A stretch of DNA of 64,000 bases from Bifidobacterium breve (GTDB lineage: Bacteria; Actinomycetota; Actinomycetes; Nanopelagicales; Nanopelagicaceae). A program made the translations under genes and the position numbers. Every line of letters starts with the position of its first letter. Position 1 is the stretch's first letter. This document shows, one piece after another, positions 38,795-49,139 of the stretch. The stretch is taken from the NCBI GenBank assembly GCA_945889195.1, contig CAMDBB010000007.1:12818-76817 (forward strand), written 5' to 3'. Below the pieces are notes generated by a model. That model did not search any database. It was not told the origin of the DNA and saw only the letters and a program-made list of their open reading frames with translations.

Positions 38795-39585
38795 GCGAAA
38801 ACTTTGATTCAGCCCTCACCTACACCTCTTACCTTGCAGTTGATGAGCTACTCAAGCTGCAGAAGCCACTTTCTGATGGCCCCGAACATGATGAGATGCT
38901 CTTCATCATTATTCACCAGACCTATGAGCTCTGGTTTAAGCAGTTAATTCACGAGTTCACACAAGCTCAGCGCGCACTTGAATCAGGCGACACCCATTAC
39001 GCGCTCTCGATTCTTGGTCGTATTCGCACCATCATGAAGGTCTGCGTAGCTCAGGTCGATATCCTCGAAACGATGACGCCGCTGCAATTTAACGCCTTCC
39101 GTGGATACCTCGCATCATCGAGTGGCTTCCAATCAGCGCAATTTAGAAAGGTAGAAGCCATTCTTGGACGTCGCGATAGCCGTATGGCTGGCCACCTACC
39201 GCCTGATGTACAAAGCGAGATAGCTGCAATCACTTCACAGAATTCGATCTGGGATTCATTCCTTGAATACCTTGGCAAGCGCGGGCATGTACTCCCTAGT
39301 GAAGTTATCAACCGAGATAAATCAATTGCATACGTTTCTAGCGCACAAGTACAAGATGTACTTTTAGCAGTTCATAAGACTGACCCAGAGAGCGCGATGG
39401 TGTCAGAGCGATTAGTGGATATTGATGAAGGTATTCAAGAGTGGCGCTATCGCCATGTAAAGATGGTTGAACGCACTATCGGACACAAGATGGGATCTGG
39501 TGGTTCAAGCGGTGTTGATTACCTTGCGAGCACCTTATTTAACCCAGTCTTTAAAGATCTCTGGGAGATCCGCTCAAGGTTCTAA
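38791..39585 (+). CDS. kynA: tryptophan 2,3-dioxygenase
   Basis: 264 aa with YTSYL..L..LQ, HDEMLFII.HQ.YELWFKQ and SSGFQS. 4-nt overlap with kynU. Confidence 0.9.
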   Translation: MSENFDSALTYTSYLAVDELLKLQKPLSDGPEHDEMLFIIIHQTYELWFKQLIHEFTQAQRALESGDTHYALSILGRIRTIMKVCVAQVDILETMTPLQFNAFRGYLASSSGFQSAQFRKVEAILGRRDSRMAGHLPPDVQSEIAAITSQNSIWDSFLEYLGKRGHVLPSEVINRDKSIAYVSSAQVQDVLLAVHKTDPESAMVSERLVDIDEGIQEWRYRHVKMVERTIGHKMGSGGSSGVDYLASTLFNPVFKDLWEIRSRF

Positions 39586-41006
39586 CTCTGCTTCTTGGTG
39601 TTGATAACTTTCTTCTGGCGAATATAGGCTACTTCAGCAATTGCTTCACGTCGCTTGCGATAGTTATCAGATGCTCCAGTAATCATATGTTCAAAGCGAT
39701 GTTCGCCCTTAATCAGCGGGTGTAGCTCATGTGCAGTTGTCTGCGATCCCCAGATTGGCGCATCCTGAATTACTTCTTGCGTCACGATATGTGGATTGAT
39801 TAATCTATAGACAAGTGCAAGGCGGCGCAGAGCTAGATATGCAACATGTCGCATGCCACGATTGACGTGATCTTGTACGCGTAGTTGGTAGTAACGAATT
39901 GTTGACGGGCGAATTACTTCATCTTTCACAGCTAAATCAAAGAGAATACGTGCGATTTCAGCGCCCCCTGTAGGTTCAGGAAGTTCTGCACATTTACGTG
40001 AAAGTCGCTCAAGTGTTTTGGGCTCTTGTAACTTACGAACCGTTGCGGTGATATCTGCTAAATCTGCTTGGTTGGCACGGAGCGCAAAGCCCATGTCGTG
40101 GCTCCACTGCGCGCGTGCTTCTTGGTCATCTGTGCCGCGAATATTTGAGACAAAGACAGTCGGGATTGACGCTGGCAAGAGTTCGTGAGCTCCGTTGTAT
40201 CCAGTGGCGCAGACGCTGGCATCGAAGGCGTGGAGAACTTCAGCAAGCGGGAAGTGGCGCTTGATGCGGATATCGAGCCCAGCAGGCGCCAATGAGTTGC
40301 CATTCTTATCAAGGGGTTGCTTGGTCAATATGACTTGGAGATCCTTCCAACCAAGCAAACCTGAGAGAGCAGCGGTCATCTTCTCGTTGACATCGCTATC
40401 GCCTGTGCCGAGTTGAACAAGTACAGCAGGCTTATCAAGGTCGAGTCCCAGCACCTTGCGGGCTTCTTCACGGCTGAGTGCGCGCTCTCTCTGAAAGAGT
40501 GAGACCGCTGAAGTAAGTCGCGCATCATTTCGTTCTGCAGTTGGACCAAAGTCATAAGCGCGGGCAAAGTCACCTGGTTCGATAATCAGGTCCATCATCT
40601 TTGATTGCAGACCAAGTACAAATCGCTGTGGCTTCTTCTGCCACAAACCACGGCGAACCCACACTAATGAAAGTTTTGGATGTGAAAACTTGGCAGCGAT
40701 AACACCAGGGTATGGAACAACGCCATCAAAGGAGAGAACTTGCGCATTTGTTTCATCAACAAGTGCAAGCAATCTATCGCGCAGGTAAACATCCCAATTT
40801 TCGCGAGTCATCCACATGCGATCGCGGCCTGGAATGTATTCACAACGAATACCTAAGTGATCTGGAATTTCAGCAATTCCACCGGCCATAGAAACAATAA
40901 TTGGATTGGCATACTCTTTTAGCGCAGTTGCGATAGCCGTTGCGCGGACAAGGTGCCCCATCCCTACGCCATTGCTGGTCGCAAGAATTATTGTTGGTTT
41001 TTCCAT
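39582..41006 (-). CDS. GT-B-fold glycosyltransferase-like protein with about 110-aa C-terminal extension
   Basis: The N-terminus (ILATSNGVGMGHLVR) resembles the MurG/GT28-GT1 type. I prefer ATG 41006 over the track TTG at 41015. Specificity is unknown. Confidence 0.5.
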   Translation of the reverse strand: MEKPTIILATSNGVGMGHLVRATAIATALKEYANPIIVSMAGGIAEIPDHLGIRCEYIPGRDRMWMTRENWDVYLRDRLLALVDETNAQVLSFDGVVPYPGVIAAKFSHPKLSLVWVRRGLWQKKPQRFVLGLQSKMMDLIIEPGDFARAYDFGPTAERNDARLTSAVSLFQRERALSREEARKVLGLDLDKPAVLVQLGTGDSDVNEKMTAALSGLLGWKDLQVILTKQPLDKNGNSLAPAGLDIRIKRHFPLAEVLHAFDASVCATGYNGAHELLPASIPTVFVSNIRGTDDQEARAQWSHDMGFALRANQADLADITATVRKLQEPKTLERLSRKCAELPEPTGGAEIARILFDLAVKDEVIRPSTIRYYQLRVQDHVNRGMRHVAYLALRRLALVYRLINPHIVTQEVIQDAPIWGSQTTAHELHPLIKGEHRFEHMITGASDNYRKRREAIAEVAYIRQKKVINTKKQS

Positions 41007-41175
41007 AAGGCTCAAAGGCTATCAACGTTTTATGCGTAAACCACGCGGGAAAAACCTATCTCTTGCAAACTTTTTTACTATCGGAGATACTTGGGGGGCG
41101 TTAATTCGCAAACAACAAAGGAGAGTACTTCTCAAACCGTTTCTAAATCAGAAACATTTGCCGTACAGCTTTACA

Positions 41176-42582
41176 ATGAACACAAAAACCGCGATCCAAT
41201 CGCAACACGCAGCAACACATCGTTATGTACCAACATCATCTAAGCCGATATCGCCTGAGAAAGTAGCTTCAGTACTTTCTGCCGAATGGGAACTCTTTTC
41301 AAAGAACACCAAGGGATCAGCCTCTGAGAGCGCTCGTGCCCACCAATCACTCCCTCTAGGCGTGACTTCAAGCTTCCAGCACTGGGATCCATACCCAATC
41401 TCGATTGTCTCCGCCAAGGGCGCCTACATGACAGATGTTGATGGTCGCCAACTCCTCGATCTCTCGATGGGCTTCGGCGCAATGCTTGCTGGCCACCTCA
41501 ACCCAGTCGTCATCGAAGAGGTTCAGGCACAGATGCAACAAGGAATGCTTTTTGTAACTCCTTCTCCAACTTCTACCGATGCTGCAGAACGAATCTGTAA
41601 GCGCTTCGGAATTGATCAGGTTCGCTTCACCAACTCAGGTACAGAGTCAACAATGTACGCAGTTCGCGTTGCTCGTTCTGCCACTGAGAAGATGGGCATC
41701 CTCAAGATTGAAGGCGGTTACCACGGTAGCTACGATCCATTTGTTGTCTCTGCCAAGCCTCCTCTGAATAAGGCAGGCAAAGCTGATAAGCCGATTCCAT
41801 ATATCGAACCAAACTTGGTTCCAGGAGATATTTATGTTGTTCCCTATAACAACATCCCTGCTCTTGAAAAAATGTTTAAGAAGAACGCAAAGAAGATTGC
41901 TTGCTTTATCGTTGAACCAGTCCTAGAAAACATTGCGATTGTTCTTCCTGATGCAGGCTACCTCGAGCGCGTTCGTGAACTTTGTGATCAGTACAACGTC
42001 GTCCTTATCTTTGACGAGGTAAAGACCGGTCTTACAGCCGGTGCACATGGAGCTGCTATGCGTCTTGGTGTGAAGCCAGACCTTATTACCCTTGCAAAAT
42101 CAATTGGTGGTGGACTTCCACTTGCTGCCTTCGGCGGTAAGAAGAAGTACATGGACTTCGTTACCAACGGCAAGATGGCCCACTTCGGTACCTTTAACGG
42201 TAATCCCCTTGCAATGGCGGGCGTTCGCGCAATCGATCGCATCTGTTCAGATGAAGCACTTGCAACGGCTGAAGATTTCAACTTGCAGGCTCTTATTCGC
42301 ATCGGTGACATCATCGATGAGTATGAGCTGCCTGCACACACAGTTGGATTTGGCGTAAAGGGCTGTGTTACATGGTCAACAAAGCCTGTTCGCAACTATC
42401 GCGATTACAAGGCGACTGATTTCGGTGTTGCAGAAGCCCATTGGCTCTTTGCAATTAACCGCGGAATCATTACGCCGCCAGGACTTGATGAGCAGTGGTT
42501 AATCTCCTTGGCACATGGCCAAACTGAGATTGATATCTTGGTTGAAGACTTCCGCGATTTCGCGCAAGCAATCAGAAGCTAA
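41176..42582 (+). CDS. class III (GSA-aminomutase-like) PLP aminotransferase
   Basis: Motifs GFGAMLAGH, FTNSGTESTM, FDEVKTG and KSIGGG (PLP Lys). The start is set at MNTKT (41176). The upstream 90 codons of the track ORF overlap the divergent gene and look non-coding. Confidence 0.8.
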   Translation: MNTKTAIQSQHAATHRYVPTSSKPISPEKVASVLSAEWELFSKNTKGSASESARAHQSLPLGVTSSFQHWDPYPISIVSAKGAYMTDVDGRQLLDLSMGFGAMLAGHLNPVVIEEVQAQMQQGMLFVTPSPTSTDAAERICKRFGIDQVRFTNSGTESTMYAVRVARSATEKMGILKIEGGYHGSYDPFVVSAKPPLNKAGKADKPIPYIEPNLVPGDIYVVPYNNIPALEKMFKKNAKKIACFIVEPVLENIAIVLPDAGYLERVRELCDQYNVVLIFDEVKTGLTAGAHGAAMRLGVKPDLITLAKSIGGGLPLAAFGGKKKYMDFVTNGKMAHFGTFNGNPLAMAGVRAIDRICSDEALATAEDFNLQALIRIGDIIDEYELPAHTVGFGVKGCVTWSTKPVRNYRDYKATDFGVAEAHWLFAINRGIITPPGLDEQWLISLAHGQTEIDILVEDFRDFAQAIRS

Positions 42583-43329
42583 CTACAGCTGCCACGCTCT
42601 TACTCCGCCGGCAACGCCTGCAGAGTTAGGGACAATCACAACATCGTCACCCATCAACGCTAAGTCGCGTTGCTGGATGCTGTGTGAATTTCCACCACCA
42701 ATGTAGAGACGATCCCACAAAAATACTGGGCGAAGCTCTGAGACCATCAAACGCACGCGACGTGACCAGAAGGTATTTCCCATACGGCCTCGTTCGCGAT
42801 CGCCAATCCATGTGTCATAGGTTGTATTACGACGTACTGTGGCATGAGACATTTCAAAGTGTGGAGAGAGCTTTCCGCCGTGGAAGACAGAGAAGCCAAG
42901 TCCGGTACCCAAGGTAATAACAATCTCTAAGCCCGAACCAGTTACTACTCCAGCGCCGTGTACTTCAGCATCATTAAGAACTTTCGCGGGAATACCTAAA
43001 CGCTCTGCAATGGCAGCTTCAGCATCAAAACCCCACCACTGTTCTTTAAGTTCTGGGTTCATGCGAGTGTGAGGGCCGGCATCATTGATGTAATGAGGCG
43101 TTGCAACAACTACACCGTTACGGATCATTCCTGGAAGACCAACAGTGACGCGCTGTGCTTTAGGGAGTGATTTGGCAATCTTTTCAACGGTATCGAGAAA
43201 ACGCTTGGTTGTCAGCGGATACGGAGTCTCAACACGTGTGGGCGCTGCATGCATAGTTCCGGATTCATCAAGAACACAGCTTTTAATAAAGAGACCACCG
43301 CAATCGATGGAGAGCGTCATTGAACTCAT
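42583..43329 (-). CDS. ROK-family kinase (polyphosphate/ATP glucokinase-like)
   Basis: 248 aa with IDCGG..IK N-terminal ATPase motif and NDAEVHG. Confidence 0.7.
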   Translation of the reverse strand: MSSMTLSIDCGGLFIKSCVLDESGTMHAAPTRVETPYPLTTKRFLDTVEKIAKSLPKAQRVTVGLPGMIRNGVVVATPHYINDAGPHTRMNPELKEQWWGFDAEAAIAERLGIPAKVLNDAEVHGAGVVTGSGLEIVITLGTGLGFSVFHGGKLSPHFEMSHATVRRNTTYDTWIGDRERGRMGNTFWSRRVRLMVSELRPVFLWDRLYIGGGNSHSIQQRDLALMGDDVVIVPNSAGVAGGVRAWQL

Positions 43330-43616
43330 GAAAGGGCATCCATAACTGTAATTGTTTCGCCGAAGACCAAGTCAGAGGCAACTGATTGCCACTTCTTGCT
43401 GTTCTCATTGACCATATGAGCATCCCACGAAGGACGATCAGTCCAGATTTCCCAGACGTTAACGACGTTCTCTTTCTGGGTATCGCGGTAAATCTCTAGG
43501 AACTCGCATCCAGCTTCGGTACGGATTACTGCTGCGTGCTGGCTGAGTTTCGACACGAATTCGTCGAACTTACCTGGCTGCACATCAATAGCCACGAAGA
43601 GGAAGACTTTGCTCAC
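43326..43616 (-). CDS. ABM-domain (antibiotic biosynthesis monooxygenase-like) protein
   Basis: 96 aa with ferredoxin-like ABM pattern (E.GC..... W.......H). Confidence 0.7.
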   Translation of the reverse strand: MSKVFLFVAIDVQPGKFDEFVSKLSQHAAVIRTEAGCEFLEIYRDTQKENVVNVWEIWTDRPSWDAHMVNENSKKWQSVASDLVFGETITVMDALS

Positions 43617-43633
43617 TGGATAAAGATACCTGC

Positions 43634-45901
43634 TTATCCAAGCACTGGTAAATGCACGTCTGGAACTCTATGTTCACGATGCGCGACAACTGATGCGCTG
43701 TGATATTTCTCAATCTCTGCCAAGAAATTAGGATCGAGATATGGACGGCCGTCAACGATTGAGCCTTGAACTCCTTCGATGACCGCAGCAACATCTTCTC
43801 CAGACATTGTTTTATAGGTCTCTAGAGCATGCGCTAATGCGAGTACTTGGTTCCGGTTTTCGCGCAAGATTTCTTCAGCTTGAATAAGCAATTTGCCTAA
43901 GTTCTCTTCGATACGATCGCTGAGAGCCATTCTCATCTGCTTCTCTGTATCGTCTTTTCCTTTTGGACCACCAGGTGCGCCCATTTCAAAGCGACGATTG
44001 CTGACATGTGAAGAGATAGTTGAACCCATTCCCCAATGGCCTTCCATCAAGGATGCAATGGTGGTTGCACTCTCAAGGTCACCTGAAACACCAGATGAGT
44101 TATCTCCTTCAAAGAACATTCTTTCACCTGCAAGGGATGCAAGAGATACCAAAATATCTGATTGGTATTCGCTCTTCCAACGAGTGAATTGATCATCTGG
44201 CGGAATACTTGCCACCATACCTAAGTAATCTGAACCCTTTTCAATCGTAGCTAAATCAATAGACATATGTTGGCGAGTGCGATGCGCCATTACTGCGTGG
44301 CACGCTTCGTGAACTGCAACAGCATGGCGTTCGCGCTCAATGTATTCAACATCCTCAGATGGTCCAAGCTCTTTCTGTTGCTTAGCTTTGATGATGTCAG
44401 ACCATTCAATAGAGGTACGACCATTACGAATCGCCATAATCAACGCTTCGTTGATGGTGTCTTTAATTGTCGCACCCGTTGCATACGGAGTAATCGTTGC
44501 AATCTTGTCGATCTCTTCTGCAGAAAGTGAGTGTGATACCTTTGATAGATAGCCTTCATAGGTGCGAATACGTCCAGCCTTGCTTGGGTAACCAACGCGA
44601 TACATACGATCAATACGTCCAGGACGAAGGAGCGCTTCGTCGAGAGATTCCGGCATATTGGTAGCCATTACAACAAGGATTCGATACTTTGGTGGATTCT
44701 TTGGGCGCATACCTAAGGTGCGTCGCACAATACGATTGAAGAAGCCGCGCGGCTTCTTAAGCCCAGAAAGTTCAGTCAGTAACGCTTGTAGAGTTCCCAT
44801 TCCGCCGCCACCACCTGCAGCGCCACCCATAACAAACTTTTCGCGGGTAATAGCCGAGACTGCAGATTCAGACAAGTAAGTGCCGCCATGGCAGTTACTT
44901 TCAAAGATCTGTGACTTGTTCATAGTGGAAGTCCGCTGTGGCCCACCTTGAGTAATAATCCCGCGATTGCCAAGTGCATCTGCTTCGTCAAAGAAGACAA
45001 CAACGCCACCGTAGCGCAGCGCTAACTTACGCAACTTACGGAAGAGGCTCTTTACTTTGAGCACACCGATGCCAAGGAACATATTTGTAAATGCACCTGG
45101 ATCAACAAAGACGAATGGCTTTCCGGTTTCGCCCGCCATTGATTCAGCCATCAAAGTCTTACCTGTACCAGGAGGGCCCCACAAAAGAATTCCGCCTGGC
45201 ACATATCCACCATGCTTTTCGATCTCTTCTGGAGTCTCGAGGAAGAGCAAGTTTTCGCGGATGCGATTGAGAACATGGTCTTGTCCCCACACATCGCTAA
45301 AGCGGGTGCGAATGTCATCGGGGAAATATGTATCAATTCCGCCACGACTTAAGAACCAAAAAAGCGCTGCAAATTGAATAACGATAAAGACGACAGCAAA
45401 CATGAGCTGTGCCAAAAATGGCAGAGCAGAGAGGAAAGCCTTCGGCGCTAAGAAGAGCGCCTTGATCGGTGGTTCGTCATAAATTGCACCGAGAATGATT
45501 GCAAGGAGGAAGATAACCAGTGCCCATTTAATGGCACGGGAAAGGCGAAAACGAGTCCAATCACTTAAGCGATGGATCTGGCGATCAACAAAGTCAAAGT
45601 AGCGCTTCCAAATTCCGTGATACGGCGCTAAAACTTCGGCCAAAATAAAGTGAACCTGTCGGATGACTTCAATAACGGCTAGAACAATCAGCCAAGACTT
45701 TGAACTAGCAGTGTTTCTCAGCCCATCTTCAACGCTGAGAATCGGATTTTCAGCTAGGCTCGACCAGGTAAGTACGAGAAAGGTGATTGCAAAGAGGAGT
45801 AAGAACTTGATGCGGTCATAGAAAGAGAGATGAATACGTGTCTTTCTATCGGTATCGCGTGGCCTGCTCGGGCGGTTCTCTAATTGGCTAACCTGGCTCA
45901 T
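43634..45901 (-). CDS. FtsH-like membrane AAA+ / M41 metalloprotease paralogue
   Basis: 755 aa with about 4 N-terminal TM segments, Walker A GPPGTGKT, Walker B VVFFDEAD, SRH ..RPGRIDR and zinc motif HEACH. Confidence 0.85.
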   Translation of the reverse strand: MSQVSQLENRPSRPRDTDRKTRIHLSFYDRIKFLLLFAITFLVLTWSSLAENPILSVEDGLRNTASSKSWLIVLAVIEVIRQVHFILAEVLAPYHGIWKRYFDFVDRQIHRLSDWTRFRLSRAIKWALVIFLLAIILGAIYDEPPIKALFLAPKAFLSALPFLAQLMFAVVFIVIQFAALFWFLSRGGIDTYFPDDIRTRFSDVWGQDHVLNRIRENLLFLETPEEIEKHGGYVPGGILLWGPPGTGKTLMAESMAGETGKPFVFVDPGAFTNMFLGIGVLKVKSLFRKLRKLALRYGGVVVFFDEADALGNRGIITQGGPQRTSTMNKSQIFESNCHGGTYLSESAVSAITREKFVMGGAAGGGGGMGTLQALLTELSGLKKPRGFFNRIVRRTLGMRPKNPPKYRILVVMATNMPESLDEALLRPGRIDRMYRVGYPSKAGRIRTYEGYLSKVSHSLSAEEIDKIATITPYATGATIKDTINEALIMAIRNGRTSIEWSDIIKAKQQKELGPSEDVEYIERERHAVAVHEACHAVMAHRTRQHMSIDLATIEKGSDYLGMVASIPPDDQFTRWKSEYQSDILVSLASLAGERMFFEGDNSSGVSGDLESATTIASLMEGHWGMGSTISSHVSNRRFEMGAPGGPKGKDDTEKQMRMALSDRIEENLGKLLIQAEEILRENRNQVLALAHALETYKTMSGEDVAAVIEGVQGSIVDGRPYLDPNFLAEIEKYHSASVVAHREHRVPDVHLPVLG

Positions 45902-46545
45902 CGCGCTCCTTCTACTGTGAATGAAGAAACAATCTCTTCAATTTTCTTCGTATTCTTGGCATAACACTCGGTGGTGCATCGAACAACGAAGATATACATC
46001 GTTGTTCGGTCAGTAGACATCAGCGATGTCTGGTTGATGGTCTGCTCTCTATCGTCAATCGAGAAGCTATAGACAGTTTGAACTCCGCGAGCGCCTTTCT
46101 GCACAACTTCCTGATCTACCAATATTTGAAAATCTGGAGCGCTAGGGTCATCGCCATTAATAATGCTGGTAACTGGAACAATCACATCTCTTAAGGTGTT
46201 ATATGAGACAGAATTAATCTCAGAGCTTTCCAAATCACGTACTCGCGCAAAAACTAGTGGTTGTGAAGGCGCTGTTAAGTTAAATACCTCAGAGACCTTT
46301 AACTTCTTATTAGTTGTATATGCAATCTGCCATTTGACCAGAGCTTGGCGTGCTGCACCTTCAGGCTCGGTCGATTCTTTCTCATACTTATTCAGCGAAG
46401 CAGTTGATAACGCTTTCCAACTAGTCGGAACAGAGAAGAAGACTCCTTCACTCTTGGACGCTGGATATAACTTTGAACTTTCGCCACATCCTGTGAGCCC
46501 AAGCACTAGAGCTATACCCAGAAGGGCAACCATGGGGCGTCTCAT
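45898..46545 (-). CDS. lipoprotein of unknown function
   Basis: 215 aa with signal peptide and lipobox LGLTGC. The stop overlaps the FtsH-like start by 4 nt. Confidence 0.6.
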   Translation of the reverse strand: MRRPMVALLGIALVLGLTGCGESSKLYPASKSEGVFFSVPTSWKALSTASLNKYEKESTEPEGAARQALVKWQIAYTTNKKLKVSEVFNLTAPSQPLVFARVRDLESSEINSVSYNTLRDVIVPVTSIINGDDPSAPDFQILVDQEVVQKGARGVQTVYSFSIDDREQTINQTSLMSTDRTTMYIFVVRCTTECYAKNTKKIEEIVSSFTVEGAR

Positions 46546-46592
46546 CTAGAAATTCTCCCCGATTTTAGGAAAGTCCGCTAGATGAAGGTCAC

Positions 46593-47330
46593 TTACGGGT
46601 TGGGTTGGTGTATCGACCAGAGCGTCCAGATATGGGTGCGCACAGTTCTAGGTTGGCGCAATATCTGAACTATTTGGAATGCCACATCATCTGGGCGAAG
46701 AAAAGTAGCCTGACGCGGCTCTCCTGCGATACGTCCTACATTGAGAGCGAACTCGGTCTCTGTAGCAGCTGGGCACACTAACGCGACTCGAACGCCCTTC
46801 TCTCGAAGCTCTCGATCTAAAGATCCAGCAAAACCAACTTGGGCATGTTTTGTTCCGGCATAGACAGCTTCAGTGGGGCCTCCTCGAAAGCCCGCTGCAG
46901 ATGCAACGATAATGATGTCGCCTGCCTCTTTTTCAAGCATAGCTGGAAGTGTGGCGCGAACAATGTGCACAGTGCCTTCATAGTTAGTTCGCATCATTCG
47001 AGTTATCTCGTCATCGCTGTAATCTAAAACAGATCCATACATACCTACGCCAGCATTTGGAACAACACAATCGATTGTTCCAAAAGTATCAATTGCCTTC
47101 TTTGCCACTGCTCTCGAAACATCAGGGATAGATGAATCACCCGCAACGTAGGTGGCATTTTCAGCTCCGAGTTCAGCGACCATCTCTTGAAGTCTGCTCT
47201 CGTTGCGCGCATTCAAGACAACCTTGCAACCTAGTTCAACAAGTTGCCTTGCAGCTGCAGCACCAATTCCAGAAGTTGCACCAGTAATTACTACTACGGA
47301 ATCCTTGAGATCTCTTAGTTGATAAGTCAT
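46593..47330 (-). CDS. SDR-family oxidoreductase
   Basis: 245 aa with TGATSGIG and YAGTKHA (YxxxK). Confidence 0.88.
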   Translation of the reverse strand: MTYQLRDLKDSVVVITGATSGIGAAAARQLVELGCKVVLNARNESRLQEMVAELGAENATYVAGDSSIPDVSRAVAKKAIDTFGTIDCVVPNAGVGMYGSVLDYSDDEITRMMRTNYEGTVHIVRATLPAMLEKEAGDIIIVASAAGFRGGPTEAVYAGTKHAQVGFAGSLDRELREKGVRVALVCPAATETEFALNVGRIAGEPRQATFLRPDDVAFQIVQILRQPRTVRTHIWTLWSIHQPNP

Positions 47331-47396
47331 TGCACGAGAGTAAATCCATGGGTCTACTTTGACAATACATTTCTATTGGTTATGAGCCAAGTCTCT

Positions 47397-47432
47397 AGAA
47401 AAAGAAAAGCCCCCGGTGTGAAAGGCACCGAG
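47397..47432 (-). terminator. intrinsic terminator downstream of tRNA-Arg
   Basis: The minus strand reads CTCGGTG-CCTTTCA-CACCGGG followed by GGCTTTTCTTTTTC. Confidence 0.5.
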
Positions 47433-47443
47433 AGCTTAACTTG

Positions 47444-47516
47444 TGCGCGCGAAGGGATTCGAACCCCTAACCTTCTGATCCGTAGTCAGATGCTCTATCC
47501 GTTGAGCTACGCACGC
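47444..47516 (-). tRNA. tRNA-Arg (anticodon ACG)
   Basis: Hand fold: acceptor GCGTGCG/CGCGCGC (one G-U), D arm GCTC-AACGGATA-GAGC, anticodon arm TCTGA-CTACGGA-TCAGA. T arm AGGGG-TTCGAAT-CCCTT. Confidence 0.93.
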
Positions 47517-47599
47517 TTATTGAATTTTGTATTGCGAATGCGAATACTACAGGCTTTTCAAGAGGGTGAAAAACTCACTATTTCAAGCCTATTTTCTTC

Positions 47600-49039
<1,440 letters not shown>

Positions 49040-49078
49040 CTAAAGCCTACCTCGCGAAGCGGCCCTACCTCATCGGGG

Positions 49079-49109
49079 CAAAGCAAAGGCGCCTAGTTGC
49101 CCAGGCGCC
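49079..49109 (-). terminator. intrinsic terminator after the 5'-nucleotidase gene
   Basis: The minus strand reads GGCGCCT-GGGCAACT-AGGCGCC followed by TTTGCTTTG. Confidence 0.55.
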
Positions 49110-49139
49110 TCTGCTCTTGATTCCCCTCGAATCAACGAT

